64,000 nt of DNA from Gnetum montanum (GCA_015680685.1 MNCI01000668.1:382231-446230); one strand, 5' to 3'. Shown: positions 49,687-64,000, counted from the stretch's first letter. Notes: generated by a model not told the origin, from the letters alone. Made by a program: numbers and translations.

Positions 49687-50019
49687 AAAAATTTAGAGTA
49701 CAAAAGTAGAGGACTATAAAGAGGAGACAATACAAAACAAGAAAAAAAATGGCCTAATAATTTTGGTTATGCCTTTTTAGGTTTGTATTCTTACAACCAA
49801 TCATGAAAAACATCCCTTTTGGGTACGAAATTAGACATGTCATGAAAAGGTTAAAAATTTAGAGTAAAAAAGTAGAGGACTATAAAGAGGAGACAATCCA
49901 AACCAACAAAAAAAATGGCCTAATAATTTTGGTTATGCTTTTTTAGGTTTGCATTCTTACAACCAATCATGAAAAACATCCCTTTTGGGTACGAAATTAG
50001 ACATGTCATGAAAAGGTTT
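49687..50019. repeat. Near-identical ~166-bp tandem duplication next to the gap
   Basis: 49687-49852 repeated at 49853-50019 with few mismatches. Confidence 0.9.
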
Positions 50020-51175
50020 AACATTAGGTGGATGGGGATGAGGCCCCCACCTTAATAATAGAATCAAAATTATCAAAAGAAATTATCTCCATATCTTGAT
50101 CAATAGCTACAAAAAAATTATTAGGTGTTAAAATATCTTAAACATATTTCCCACTTTGAAGATTTGGCATGTAATTGATAATAGATATAGTTCATCGATG
50201 TTTTTTATTATGAAGTACCATTTAGAAACCATCTAAATTAATAATAGGTTTCTATGAAATATTAGGAATAAATATTTGTTTCTCTTTAGTCATGAAAGAA
50301 TTCTTTGGAACTAATTTAACTTAAACCTTTCTCAAAGATACATTTTGTTAACTAATAGTAAAAGAAAAGAATGAGTTAACTCTTACAACATTAGTAGAAA
50401 AATCATCATAGGATCTATAAAAACTATAAAAAAAGCCTTAGCATGATCTACAATATTTGTAGAAGAAATATTATTAGTGTTTGTAGTAATTTAGTGTTGA
50501 TGTGCTTACATAGCCATTTTTTGTAGCATAAAAGGACATGAATCAAGTATATGACCCATTCGATAACAATAGTGACATGAATTTGGAAGATCATAATAGA
50601 CAACATTTTACACATAATTAATTCTACTAGCATGTAGAAAAAAATTGTTGCTTAAGGAAATCAAGATTTATCTCAATCATATATCAAATTCTATGCAAAT
50701 TACTAGTTGTAGCTAGGGTTTCAAAATTCTTGATTGGACCAATTTGAGAGACAATATCTCTTTTATCTTTTTAAAAAAATGATGAAAGATTCAAAAATTC
50801 AATAAAACAAGAAACCCTTTGAAATTTAGGAGATGTTGGATTAAAAGAGGAAGTCTACATTCGAATAATTAATAAAGCATGATGATGGTTGAAAACACCA
50901 ATATCAAGGGCCCTAGAAACCATTGTCCAATCAACAAATTCTACCAACAAAAATGAATTAGATGGATAATATGCATGGATAGCATTTAAACCTCGATCTT
51001 TCTAAACCAAATTTATATGACTCAAAAAACTTGAGGAGTGAGGTAAATAACTCAAAATTTACATGAAAATAATACCTTCTAGAAATTTCTTGAGTAATAA
51101 ATTCATATAAATCATTAGGCAACTACTAGGATGGCAACAAAGAGGTGGATGCATTTGAAGGATCAACTACTAAAT
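49687..51175 (-). mobile_element. Degenerate L1 ORF1 relic, homologous to 6390-7800
   Basis: YYDLPNSCHYCYRMGHILDSC zinc knuckle at ~50535-50600; colinear DNA similarity to 6390-7800. Confidence 0.8.
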
Positions 51176-51924
51176 GACATTGTACATAATTTCAAATAGA
51201 TTCACTTGAAATTGATGAAATTTGTCACATCCTTATTTCCAAATGGTGGTGTAGGATAACAAAGATGATGTCTCTTCATAGCAAGTGTTATAATAATTAT
51301 AATAAGACTAAAAAAGAAAGCTATAATTTAGATCCAAAAGTGCATTTTAATAATGGACATGTCTCTCAAGGTGACTTTATGAGGATTTAACCTAAGGTAT
51401 TTATAGCTAGGAATTAGAGGTCATATCAACATGGATGGATGGAGCTAACACAGATGAGTAACAAGTGCTAGGTGAAGTGGAACATGAATGTGATTACCCA
51501 TCCCTTCTACCTTGTTACACATCTAACCATGGTGGTAGTGCTAGATTACATCTAAGGGGTAGATGATGAAGGAAGATAATCCTAAAAAAATCTCAAAACA
51601 TGACCTAGATACATTATTTGACATTAATAAAGAATTTTTTATTTTTCTTCAACATTTTCCCTATTATTTTCTTTACATATAATGTTAAATGTAACGTATA
51701 TTCAACGTTTTCTATGAGATCTAGGAATGGGATGTAATAAAATTCTTAAGCCTAAAATAATTCGACTATAGGCATACCTAAGACATATAGCCAACATGAT
51801 TATTTATAAAAATTTAATAAGAATATAATATAATATTGTCAACTTGATATACCCTTTGGATTCAACATACAACTTGCACATGACAAACTACATGATCTAA
51901 CCAAGTTGGAGGGGAGAGGACATT

Positions 51925-52083
51925 AAGATCCTTGGAACCTTAAAGTTTTCACAAAATAATATTTACCCCCAAGACCTATAGTTAAAATAGAACTTCATAA
52001 CTTAGCATTTCCTACCAAAATCGAACCCATAAACTTGAAGCTTCCAAATCAAGAGTTTTACTACTAGGGTAACATCTCAATGC
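51925..52083 (-). mobile_element. tRNA-derived SINE copy (best-preserved Pol III boxes)
   Basis: Reverse complement TTACCCTAGTAGTAAAA (A box) ... GGGTTCGATTT (B box) ... GGTAGGAAATGCTAAGTTATGAAG. Confidence 0.75.
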
Positions 52084-52599
52084 TTCATTGATATTAAAAT
52101 AAAATTAATTATTAATTAAAATAAGATATTTTAACATTTTCTTAAAATAAATTCTTATCAATCTCTTAACTTGGTTGTTTTATCTTGTCTTAAAGTTTTT
52201 TCTTGTAATTTTCTCATGTAGTTCAAGGGTACCTAATCATATTCAGTTAACTTATTATCACTAAGACATTGCTTAGTTGGTTAGAATATGCTCTTGTGTG
52301 TGCAAATTAAAAGTTTGATTTTGATAGGTATGTTGATTTAACACAACATTATGTTCTTCGTATAGTTCTATGAATGTTTCGTGTTGGCTATATGTCTATA
52401 TTTATTTTATAGCAATTCTTCATTATTAGACCCACATATGAATTTTGAAATGAAATGAAATGAAACCTTATTACATTTGAAGATCAATAAGATCTATTGG
52501 ACATATATTATGTTTTCATGAAAAATAAAGATAAACTCTACAAATTGACCAAGCACTAATGGGAGCATCAAAAACAAATCATGCAAGTTTTTTGCTTTA

Positions 52600-55500
52600 A
52601 TATTATAATACTATCTCAAGTGAGTAGTCATAGTATAGTAAAGAAATACATGTAACTTATCTTCAAGGGCTCATGATTTACACAACTTACAATTGTGCTC
52701 TTTTTGGGGAGTTGAATCCATCTTCCATTTCCAATTCTAAGATGATAAGAACTTAAGAGAAGCTTGTTGATAGCATTTCAATACTTGATTGGAATAGCAG
52801 TTGAGAGATAGTCAGCTTCTACATCTATTTTATTAGATCTAATGTAGTGTAAATCAAGTTGTTTCTTACCTTTCACATTAGAGCACATTTGCATTAAAAC
52901 CTTCTGCTTGACTAGTTGATGAATATGCTTAATATTTTACTTCATGTCCTTCTAAGAAGAGATATTCCATTTTCTCAATCATTACATCCCCTAAAAATAA
53001 TAATCATGGTCTAATGAATTGTCAAGAATTACTTTAGAGAATTTGTCTTACCTTGAGATATGCAAGATATAAGTGTATGTAATGAATTAGCACAAGGCTT
53101 TTACTTCTAAAGGTAATAAATCATATTTACATAATAACATTGAGTAAGGTATTTGCATCTTCACCTTTAATACATTAAGAAGAAAGGTTTTTTTTTTTTT
53201 TTTTTTGCATTGTTTCAATATCTTTTCAAAGTTTAGCACTAAATTCAAGTCCCCAAATAACACACTGATACAAAATAGTAGGATAGATGATAGTCTAAAA
53301 ATTTTACTTTTTGACCTTCCAAGCCTAGAGTTCTAAATTCTTGCACTTTTGAAAGCATACAGAGTCTTTAAACCTCATGCTATTTTTTCTTTGATCTACT
53401 TCCCCCATATGTAATTTTTCATATAAATGAGACTTAAATATTTAGAAGAATATCTGATTTTCACATTGGTACCTCTAAAATAGAAGTTATAATAGGTATG
53501 TCTTATACCATAGATTATTAATTTAGCTTTATCTACATTTACTTGAAGACGGTATGAATGAAAATAAGTTTCTAAAATTTAAAACATATTTTTCATACCT
53601 TTCATAGTAGTGAAAATCAAGGCAACATCATCTACATATAAGAAAAGATTTACTACTTGGGATCTAATTTGATAACATGACTATCTTACCCATTGCATAA
53701 TCATTCTTGCATTGCATCAATAAAGATACCAAAGAGAGTTGGAGAAAGTGGGTAATCATACTTAACTTCAATTTTTTTCTTGAATTAAAACTTTTTCTCT
53801 AAATTACTCTTTGTAATTTCAATAATCATTTCTCATACAATCTTTAAGTTATTGTAATCAAATCTGAAGGAAGACCAATTTTATGTAAGCAAAATCAAAG
53901 TTTTGATATGCTTTTGCAAAATCAATAAAATAAATAAAAACATTTTCATTAGAAATTTTTACAAACTCCGTGTAGTGTCTAAGGGTAATTAAGTGATCAA
54001 TAGTGGAGTGATTTTGCCTAAAACTTACTTGATATTTTACCTTCAATTGGTTTTTTTAATTTAGAAAGTAATTCTTTTTTCTAGTAGAGTGCCTAACAAG
54101 TTAGCCAAGATATGAGTTACAATGATAATTTAATAATTGTTCCAATTATTTTTATTATTCTTTTTATATAATAAGATACCTTTACTAGTTTTATAATGTT
54201 GATTTAATCCTTACTCCATTGGTGAATTTAATTAGTGTCAAATTTCTCTATGAATAGCAGATCCTACCCACTTTAATAATTCTTTATATAAATCATTTAA
54301 ATCTATAGCTTTGTGAGATATTAGCTTTTTAATACCCTCTATGAATTCCTCAAGACTAAATTAGAGAGGTGCTTATTGTACAATAGTAGTAGAGTTATCA
54401 TCTTCTCCTATAAATAGCTTATTATAAAATGAGCAAATATCTTGAAAACAAAAATTAAATAATGAAGAGGTTTTACTATAAAAACATTGTTAACACTATC
54501 TCTATTACTTTTTAATGGTGCAAGAAAAATATTCCTACTACTCCCTAATAAATTTCTTTCTCTTGGTTGTAATTAAGCATTTATATGCCTTAACTAAACT
54601 TTGTTTATGATCCTTATTTTCATTCTTAATATTTTGCCTAGTTGGCATGCAATCATCATCAAACAAGTCTTCTAAACATATTTTTGTTGTGAATGCATAA
54701 CTTGCTTAGTTTCTCTAAGTAGAACTTGTTCAAGCTCCTTATGTCATCTTTCAAGAGTTCATTTGCTATGTGTTACATTCATATATTTTTCCTTAACTTC
54801 TAAAGTGAGTTTGTAATGATTTTTTTTCTATTTTTATTTTTTGTTGTTTGAGAAATACTTGAATTTGCAACAAATACTCTACATGATGATGGCAAGAATC
54901 CACTAAATCTTCTTGAAATTTAAACTTCTTAATAAAATCAATATCTTCATATGAACATAAAAGCAAATCAATGAAAGAGTTATCTTAAGGTCCTATAAAA
55001 GCAAATGATGATGATTAAGAAAAGATAGTAAGACCATTGCAAATAAGAAGATCCAAAATTTTTCCTATTCTAATTATTCTTGATCCATCTTATTAATAGT
55101 GGCATCTGTAGAATGTTATGTGTAGTTGTGATCTTCAACAATGTCTAAACTACTAATATTATGTTACCACTAAATAATTGTTTTTTGATGTGAACCTATA
55201 CTAGAATTAAAATCATCACAAATAAATATTGAGCTTTTCAGTGAAAATTGTATAATATCTATACCTAAGAACTAAAAAAGATGATCACAAGACAACTCTA
55301 TAGAAACACATAATGTAGCATCTCTAGGAGAAAACTAGAATATGGCAAGGAAAGCACAACCATGATCACATAATATTTTTAGCCAAACATATTATTTATG
55401 ATCATTAATTTTTATAAAAAAATACAAATTTTAAGAGATTTTCTAACTAATACTACAATGCAATCTCTACATCTTTGCCATACTCTCATATTGTTTGCAA

Positions 55501-56400
55501 TAAATTTAATAAATTTAGAAACTACAAAATGTACAAAACCAACATCTTTCCAAGTTTCAATAAAACCACAAATATCAAAGTTATCAAAAATGATAATATT
55601 ATTTAAAGGAAAAAATTTGTTTGTAATTCTACCATGAATGTTAATAAATTCATACCTTAAAGGAATTATACATTTTTTGAATAAATTTTGGCATGTTTCT
55701 TATTCATTTTTACTACCATGTTGCTAGCATTTAGATATGCTACAAAACCTTATTCATGTGATGTATAGCTTTTTCCATTATTCAACCCTTTTAGCAAATT
55801 CATTTTGAGTAATATCTTCATATATCTAAATGCTTTTCTCATTGTCACTTTGCTTTAAGTGTCTTTGATGTTTTCAAACATGCACTCTATTTTCTACATC
55901 ACAAAACTTAACAATTATATGTTGGGGATTTTTACATAATTCTTCTTGATTTCTAAAAACTGTATTAATTTTTAGAGAATTTATATGCATATCATCTATA
56001 ATTTTTTCAACTTTCTTCAATAACGTTTCATTTGTTTCATCCTTTATCTTTGGGATACCTACAAAATGCAATTTTTTTCTTTTACTCTTTTTATCTCTCT
56101 TTTAAAGGTTCTATGACTGTAGATCCCATCTTTGTCTCTATTCCTTTAAGATTAAACTCATTTTTATTTTCCTCTACCTTGGCTTCAAGTTATGCTAATT
56201 TTAGCAAATTTATTTATTATCCTTTGGTGCATTATGAAGTATCTAATGGCAATTTATATGTTGATTGTAAGCCTTGGATATGAGGAAGTATTTTATGCAT
56301 CCTATGTTTGTATTCTAGTGCATTTGGTTGAGGTTATTATTCCTTGGCAATGCATCCTTACCTCTCATTTTACACTTTGAGATTTCATGCTTGGTTCTAG
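52600..56400 (-). mobile_element. Near full-length decayed non-L1 LINE (RTE-X/CR1-like) with ORF1, endonuclease and RT
   Basis: ORF1 FVGIPK.KDET...IIVKF (55874-56071); EN DICGFIETW, ICDDFNS, LLICNG; RT QVSFRQNHSTIDHL, FIDFAKAY, PLSPTLFGIFID, LYVDDVAL, VNVDKAK. Confidence 0.85.
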
Positions 56401-56479
56401 GTCCTTTCAGAGAATTCTAGGTTCATTCAGATGTCATGGGATCATTTTAGCATGTTTCCTTGAACTCTAACTTATTCTA

Positions 56480-59400
56480 GTAGGAAAGTGGTTAGTTGTG
56501 GAAAATGGGGCAATGAGGTGAGGGGCAATAGGGAAGGGGATTACACTAACTACCCTGCACTAGTGCACCTTCTGCCTAGTCCTACCTAACTCCTCTTACC
56601 TACAATGTGACTTTAGGTGGCTAGTATGGCATCCAGGCACTAATGAACCTTCTTTGTTTCCACATGGAAACTATAAATACCCAAAGAGATTTCTCACACA
56701 TAATTAAGTCTTACTTAGTCATTTCTTGGACTTGTGGCATTTGGCCTTGTGTGAAGAGCTCTTCCTTGGGTAAGTTAATTTTCTTCTCTTTTTGTTTATG
56801 TTTTGAGTCATCATTTTTAAAAGTGTGGTTAGACTCTATCAAAGTGCTATCTTGCTTACATAGCTTGGAACCATTTAGTCAATGTAGAGTCTAGTGTTTG
56901 CAAGGTAAATAAAGCTTATGATTTTTCCTCCCTTTTACCATTCATGTCTTAAACCTTTAAAATACCAAAAACATTATAAAACATTAAAATCATAGAAATA
57001 TATATTTAATTCTCATTCTTATAGGTTATGATGACTCAACATTATTCAAAAAGGTCATACTTATATGGCATGGTATTGCACCATTAAGGTTGTAACTGAG
57101 AGCCATTTTATTTGTATTTTGTATGTAGTGTTGCACCTATCCCTGAAGGGATTATGATACATGTGTATGTGTATGTGTGTATGTGAGCATTGCCCCTCTC
57201 CCTTGAGGGATTGTGATGCATGTATGTGTATGTATTGTTTCTTATACATATAAAATGCATAAAAATTATAAAATATAAAATTATAAATATTTTTAGCTCT
57301 ACCATGGCAACACAGGTTTCATTATATCATATGCAATGATATACATGAGTGTTCTTGGAAATCCACTCAACATTATCTTTGAAGCTTACAACTAAATTGC
57401 ACTATGATTCAAATGATAAATCCATTGGTACAAAATCTGTGGAACCCCTATTATTAGCATGGTTCTCAGGAAAGATGTTACTAAATTTCGTAGAAATACT
57501 TGTATAATTTTTATTTTAATATTTATTCAACATTATTATATTTCTCATAGAGTTGTGTGAATAGGTTATGATTACAAGTAAGATGGAAAATGATGCTAGG
57601 AGCCCATCAAAGACCTTAAATGGAGCATCAAAATAACAAAAGGCTTCTATCACATTCAAGCATGAAAATAACCCAAATCTCTCACTATTTGTCTTAACTT
57701 ATTAGTAAGCTAAGCATAGGAGATGCCATGACAGTCATGGATGTTTCATGAAGGAACTAATTGTAGCTACAATAGCAGATCTTAAAGAAGCCCTAATTAA
57801 TCTTGGGATATAGGAATTTCAAGCATTCTACATGGTTTCAACAATTGAACTTAGTAATTATGAGCCTCATCTAAGGTAAGAGCTTCGAATCAGATGATGG
57901 ATGAGGAGGAGGTTCATTGTAGCTTTTCATCTAATCATTTAGATAAGGAGTAAGGTGAAAAAGTAGATATTAAAGATAAGGAACCACTCCACCATGAAGG
58001 CCCATGATTAGGAGTTGTCAATCCTAATGCAACTTAAATCTATGAGGATGATTTCCTTACTAGGTTCTAATATCTCCACTTGTTAGGGTTATCCAATGAT
58101 GATAATTTTAGCTTGTTTGACTATGGTGATTATCATGAGCTCAATGAAGCTATTTGAATTCAAAAGGAGCACATTTGTAATAACAAGATTAAACATATCA
58201 ACATAGTGGATATCTCATTATATAGAGGGTATAGTAGTAATGATCCCTAGCTTCATGTAGAAGCATTTAATAATGCTTATTATCTATAAGATATCATCAG
58301 TGATTGATAGAAATTGTAGCTATTCCTTCACATCTTCATGAAGCAAGTTAAAGCTTGGTACAAATTCTTACCACATAAGTCAATTTAGGAATGGAAGGAC
58401 ATGTTTAAAATTTTTTACACCATGTTCCAAACCTATGCCTACATTTATAACATCTAGAAGAAGATGGTCAAATGGAGGAAAGGATCCTATGAATCACTAG
58501 ACATTTCCATGGAGAGATAGCTTTTGTTTACTCATCATTGTTCGAACCATGCGTTTAGCTAGAGAGAGTAGCTCATGTATATCATAGAAGGTCTAAGGTA
58601 GGAGACAAGGAAGTGAGTCAATATGTATGGCTGAAATCAAAGAACTCTTGAATACTATTACTAGTATGGAGGGTGAATGGAGAAAATGACAATCTTTAGA
58701 GGAGTATAACTATGATCCCATGTGTATGAATGGGGTCAGAATCATTAAAGGTATAGATGAATGTCCTTCTATTATTAAGGCCCTGGTACATGATCAAGTT
58801 TGAACTCATAAAACCTTGGTAGACTTGGCCCATTGGGTGGACCAAGTTTAGGATGTGATGAACAAGAGAATGACCACTACCCTTAAGGATCTTGAAGATA
58901 GAGTGGTTGAGGTAGAAAAAGCCATTGTTTCTCCTAAGCATAGAAAGAAGTATGAGTGCAAATGGATGGAGAAGCTCTCTTCTTCTAAGGGCATAAGATA
59001 TGATTCAAAAAAGGCTTTCTTATCCTAAAGTGATGAAGATCCTTAGGAGTATTATGCAGATCCTCATGACTCAGAGTGCTACGCAGTCATGGTACACATG
59101 ATTGATGAAATGGAATGAGCTAGAATGCCTTTGAATCCAAAGTTTATTAAAAAGTAAACAAGGAGGACTCCCTTATATAGCCCATCATATTATCTCAAAT
59201 TTGTGTATCCCTAGACCATGAAATAATACCAACAATGGTCAACTCCAAATCCTTAGGGTACTATACCATGGAATACTCCAATGTAATAACTGATGCCTTT
59301 TTCTCCAAAATCCTATTCTAGTAACCCTTCCTTGTAAGCGCATCACCATCCAGAATAGCTGATGTTGCTTGATCCCATGCAAGGTGGGATCCTTAATGAT

Positions 59401-62400
59401 TTGCAACCAAGATAAACTAAACCATGTAACATTGCCTACTATGTTAATCTTGCTTCCACATATGTTATGGGGCAATATTACCAAGCTCCTATCAAATTGG
59501 TTATGAAGGAAAATTTGAGATCCTATGACAAGATATTTTTTCACAAGATTAGACATGAATGCATGGGGCTAGGTCCATACCATTCTCTTCCTCATGTGGA
59601 GAGGATAATCCTTCAAGTAGAATAGGAGCTAGAATCTAAGAGGTTTTAATACTATTCCGTAAGCATTATCAAAGTAATCCATCCACTTTAGGGAGGGGTT
59701 TTGGCTATCAAATAAGATGGCACCTAATAGCAGTGATATTGTAACAATCATAATTTCTAAGGTAGCTACTCAAGAAATAAAATAAGGTAATCTTCCTAAA
59801 AATAAGATTGATCTTGACAATCCCATAGTAGAAATCCTAATTGATAAGAAAGGTGACTACCTAGCTCTATGTGACTTTAGTTTGAGAGTTAATATAATTT
59901 CATTATAATAGTACCTTGATTGGGGGCTTTCCTCTCTTAAGAGTACTAACATTACGTTATAGCTAGTAGACCAATCTTATACATAACCCATAGGATAAGT
60001 GAATTATGTTATAACTACTTTGGCAAGATGGTCATACCTTGTTCATTTCCTAATAATCAAAGTAGAAAATAGGATGGGAGATAGCTTTTTTATCATCATG
60101 GGAAGAGCTTGGTTGAGCACCATTGATGCAAGGTTAGTTTTCCAAGGCCTTCACCTTGAAATTGATAGGAAAGATATAATTGGGAAGACATACTACAAGC
60201 AGATCTCATGTGATTCTTTCTATTCTTATGGTAAGCATAGTTGTAATTGTTATTTCATAGAGCATATCTATACCATCAAAGACAAAAATTACCTTGAAGA
60301 ACATCTATTCCATAAAGCTACACATTAGATCTTTGAGAGATCAATTAATGCTTTTTCCTTATATGATGCTAAATCATATGATTTAAAAAGGGAGAACACA
60401 ATGTAGGTAGATGTGATGATCTAATACAATCCAAAATTTTGGGGTACTCTTGATTTGTCCTAGGATATTTCTTCACCATCAGTTGAACTCAAGTCACTTT
60501 CAAAAGGCTTAGAGTAGTTGTTCCTTATAGATGGTCATTCTTTCATCATTGATTCCTTTTTGATGACCATTCAAAGGGTTGAATTAATGAAGGTAGTTAC
60601 AAAGTGAAAAAGAGTCTTTTCCAAGTTCCATGATGAACTCATGAGAATTAACTACTCAATCTATTAGCACTACATACATATGGACTTGCATGTCAGACCT
60701 TGGTGGATACTATAACATAGATTGAATCCAAATATGTAGGACATGGTAAAAGATGAAATTGCTTATCTTCTATGGGTTGGTTCCATTACTTCTATCTCTA
60801 ACAGCGAGTGGATTACTCTAACTATAGTTGCATCCAAGAAGGAGAATGAATGGAGGGTATGCATCAACTATAGGTTGCTAAATGTTGCCACTTTCAAGAA
60901 TCATTTCTTGGTTTTATTTGTGAACTAGGTATTGGATAATATCTCTGGCTAGGAGTACTATAGCTTTTTTTATGGGTAGTTTGGTTACAATCAAATCAAT
61001 ATAACACTAGAAGATGAAGCTAAAACTACCTTTATCTATCAATGGGGGACCTTTGTTTTCAAGAATATGTCCTTCAGGTTGTGCAATGCACTAGCCACAT
61101 TTCAATAGCTAATGTTGTCTGTATTCTAGGATTACATTGGAAAGAGTATATAAGTCTTCATGAATGGCTTTTCCACTTATGAAAAATCATTTCAAGATGC
61201 CTTAGACTAGCTTGAAGCTATCTTATGCTACTACTATTGGGTAAAATTAAAGGTAAATTGGAAAAATATCTAATTAATAGCAACTAAGAGCATTGTTCTT
61301 AGTCATCAAGTGTTGAAAAAGAGGATTAGAGTTGATCTTGATAAGATTTGCACCATTGAGAACATGACATAAATACCCATGATAGTTAAAGAGGTGCAGC
61401 CTTTCCTAGGTGATATTGGTTATTATCACTGTTATATTAAAAATTATTCTAGAATTTCCTGGTCCTTATTTAAGCTCATAAAGAAAAATGTTCCATTCTT
61501 ATGGATCATAAAGAAAAATGTTCCATTCTTATGGAATAAGGATTGTGAGAATTCCTTTCAATATCTAAAGGAAATACTAACATAAACTCTGATGTTTTAG
61601 AGTACTACTTGAACTCAACCATTCCACATAATGATAGATGCTTCTAACTTTGCATTAGATGCCATCCTAATGCAAAGAAGAGGCCCTACTACATTCATTA
61701 TGCTAGTTGAAGCACTGTAGGGCCTTAGTTAAACTATACCATCATAGAAAAGGGGCTAATAACCACTATTTTTACATTTCAAAAATTTAGATATTATGTT
61801 CTAGGATGAAAATTTTTTATTTACAATGATCATTACACCATTTGGTTTCTCATGAATAAATCAGATGTTAGTCCTCATGTGATATGATGGTTGGTTCTCT
61901 TATAGGAATTTGACCTTCATATGATTGATTACAAGGAAGCTGCAAATGTGGTGGCAGATCATATGTAATGGTTGCAAATTAACAACAAGGAAGAAGGTGT
62001 ATTTCTTGATGACTTTCTAGATAATCATATTTGTAAGGTTATTTTAAATCAAAAAGAGAATGTCAATGCCCATGATACATGAACATTTTTAGTTACCATA
62101 TTTCTCTTTGATCAGATAAATGTAAAATCCAACGATTCTAGCACTAGTTAAGGTCTTACTTGGTTATCAAAGAGCATCTCTACAAGCGATGCCTTGATGG
62201 CATAGTAAGGTGGTGTGTTCTTGATGAGTACCAAGATGATGTCTTATCTCACATGCACCATGGCATTTGTGGTGGGTACTTTGTTGGAAAGAGAACCTTG
62301 AAAAAGTTCCATGATGTTCAATCCTTCATGTGTTGCTGTGATAAGTGCCAACGTGAGGGAGATATGTTCTCACATATGGAGGGACTATAGTAGTGGATCC

Positions 62401-63005
62401 AACCATTGAAGCCCTTTGACATACTAAGGATTGAGTTCATTGATCTCATCTTTCCAATCTTTAGTGGCAAGACATACATCATTGTATGTGTAGATTATTA
62501 CATGAAGTTGGCAAAAGTTGTTACTATTAATGAATGCTCATCTATCACTACAGAAAATTTTCTCCAAAACAATGTGATCCATAGGTTTGGAATCTCATAA
62601 ATCTCGCTCTCTAAAAATGGAATGAATTTTACTATTAAGATTTTCAAGAATTTGTTGAAATCATGGAAAGTTAATCATAAGTTAACTTCTCCTTATCATC
62701 CATAGGTTAATAGCCAAGTAAATGTTACTAATTATGAAATTTTTAGAATACTTAGAAAAATGGTTAATAGGTATAGAAGAGATTAGATTAATAAGTTTAA
62801 TGACATCCTTTGGGCTTATCAAATAGCATGGAAAAATTCTATAGATTATACTTCACTTGAGGTAGTCTATGGATAAGTTCCATAACTTCCTATTGATCTT
62901 GAGATGAAAACCTTAAATAGTGCAGTAGATTTTAATATGACCTTAGATTCTGCTCAGAAAGAAGGCTAATTAACCTCAATCTTCTTAATGAAAATCACAA
63001 AATTA
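56480..63005 (+). mobile_element. Athila-like Ty3/gypsy relic (LTR-like 5' region, gag, protease, RT, RNaseH, integrase), 3'-truncated
   Basis: gag YRGYSSNDP*LHVEAF and VKAWYKFLP..SI; protease ALCDFSLRVNII, IIMGRAWLST; RT WRVCINYRLLN.AT.KNHF, FRLCNALATF; RH MIDASNFAL; INT H...CGGYF...CDKCQR, YIIVCVDYY, SPYHP*VN, LWAYQ; LTR limits uncertain. Confidence 0.88.
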
Positions 63006-64000
63006 CCTTTATGTGTAGTGTGTGGATCATTGAACTTATTCCTAAATGATCTATCCTTGGTCTTTCTTCATCTTCCTTTGCATGGTGAATTCTTTATTCC
63101 TTGTTCATAACCTTGTACTTCTATATGCTTCATATAATGACAAATTTGCTTGTGATTTATTTGGTCCTTGTCCATGTTCTTTCAATTCATGCATGTTCTC
63201 TTGAGACCTTGTGAATGACCTTCTCCTTTGAGTGCTAAACCAATTTGTTCCTTGTCATCAATGTACGCTTTATCTCATCTTGGTAATTTGAATACTTTAA
63301 AATTTGAAATCAGCCATGACAAAAATTTAAATTCTTAAACCAGGAAGACATCTCAAGGCAAACTATACAAAGGATGTTTCAATCAAAATCATGGATACTT
63401 TACTATATATAGAATGATCATGTTTTTGCTCATATTGTTGTAAGAAATAATATCAATTATTTGCATTCTTTCATAGAAATATATGTACTTCTTGCTTTAG
63501 TTCATGCTTGAATATCAAATAGATGGACTGATGAGACATTGGAGATATGATCTCCAACTAATCTAAAAAGGACTAAAAACAATTAGTTTGATTCCAAAGA
63601 CCAAGGATAGATCATTTAGGAATAAGTAGCCTATCTAAATGAAACAATTGTTTCATTGAAACTTATATTTCTATACTCAACTAGAAATTTCTTACTTTTA
63701 AAACATCAACAAAAGGATATGAAAGCCATGAGAGAAACATGCATACAAGGCAATGTAGCAAACATAACCATTTATCAAAATTAAGATGATAATCATATTG
63801 ATAGAGAAATATGTATATATTCATATACCATCCTCTTAAAAGAAAAATACCTCTTGATGTTCTTATGTTGCTCACTTTGGAATATCATATTTTACTATTT
63901 GAGTATTTCTTGGATGAAGTCTCCAAAGACTTTCCCTACAATGGTGACCTCTAAGATTATGATGGATAATGAGGAATAGGCTCTCCATACAAATGTGTAA

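Noticed and set aside
49314-49735. Poly-Gly/poly-Pro ORFs
   Set aside because: Artefacts of poly-C and the N gap.
49687-50019. 166-bp tandem duplication as a biological novelty
   Set aside because: Directly beside a scaffold gap; could be an assembly or haplotype overlap, so it is listed only as a repeat.
63005-64000. Possible minus-strand TE coding relic after the gypsy truncation
   Set aside because: Too decayed to assign by eye.

Overview
Eukaryotic, land-plant nuclear DNA: AT-rich and dominated by transposable elements that are heavily C>T/G>A decayed in both CG and CHG contexts. A large-genome vascular plant is likely, but the species cannot be called from sequence. The only intact host genes are two paralogous, intronless, minus-strand GPI-anchored Lys-rich arabinogalactan-protein (AGP)-like genes (11803-12315, 29922-30497). 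They share promoter blocks that include an SNBE-type NAC site. A 14.3-kb TSD-flanked chromovirus (Tekay/Del-like) LTR retrotransposon separates them. Its RNaseH/integrase/3'LTR portion is replaced by an inverted Tat-type fragment carrying gag-protease, a short-motif tandem array and an antisense intron-containing accessory gene. Region ~31-47 kb looks like one decayed Mutator-like (MULE) element: a Ulp1 protease gene, an accessory ORF, a DDE/SWIM transposase and a 14-unit 264-bp array directly upstream of the transposase, an architecture reminiscent of VANDAL/VANC anti-silencing MULEs. The rest is L1 and RTE-like LINE relics, a tRNA-derived SINE family, a probable solo LTR, an Athila-like gypsy relic and an assembly gap. 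All family assignments come from motif recognition by eye, not database searches, and many boundaries are approximate.
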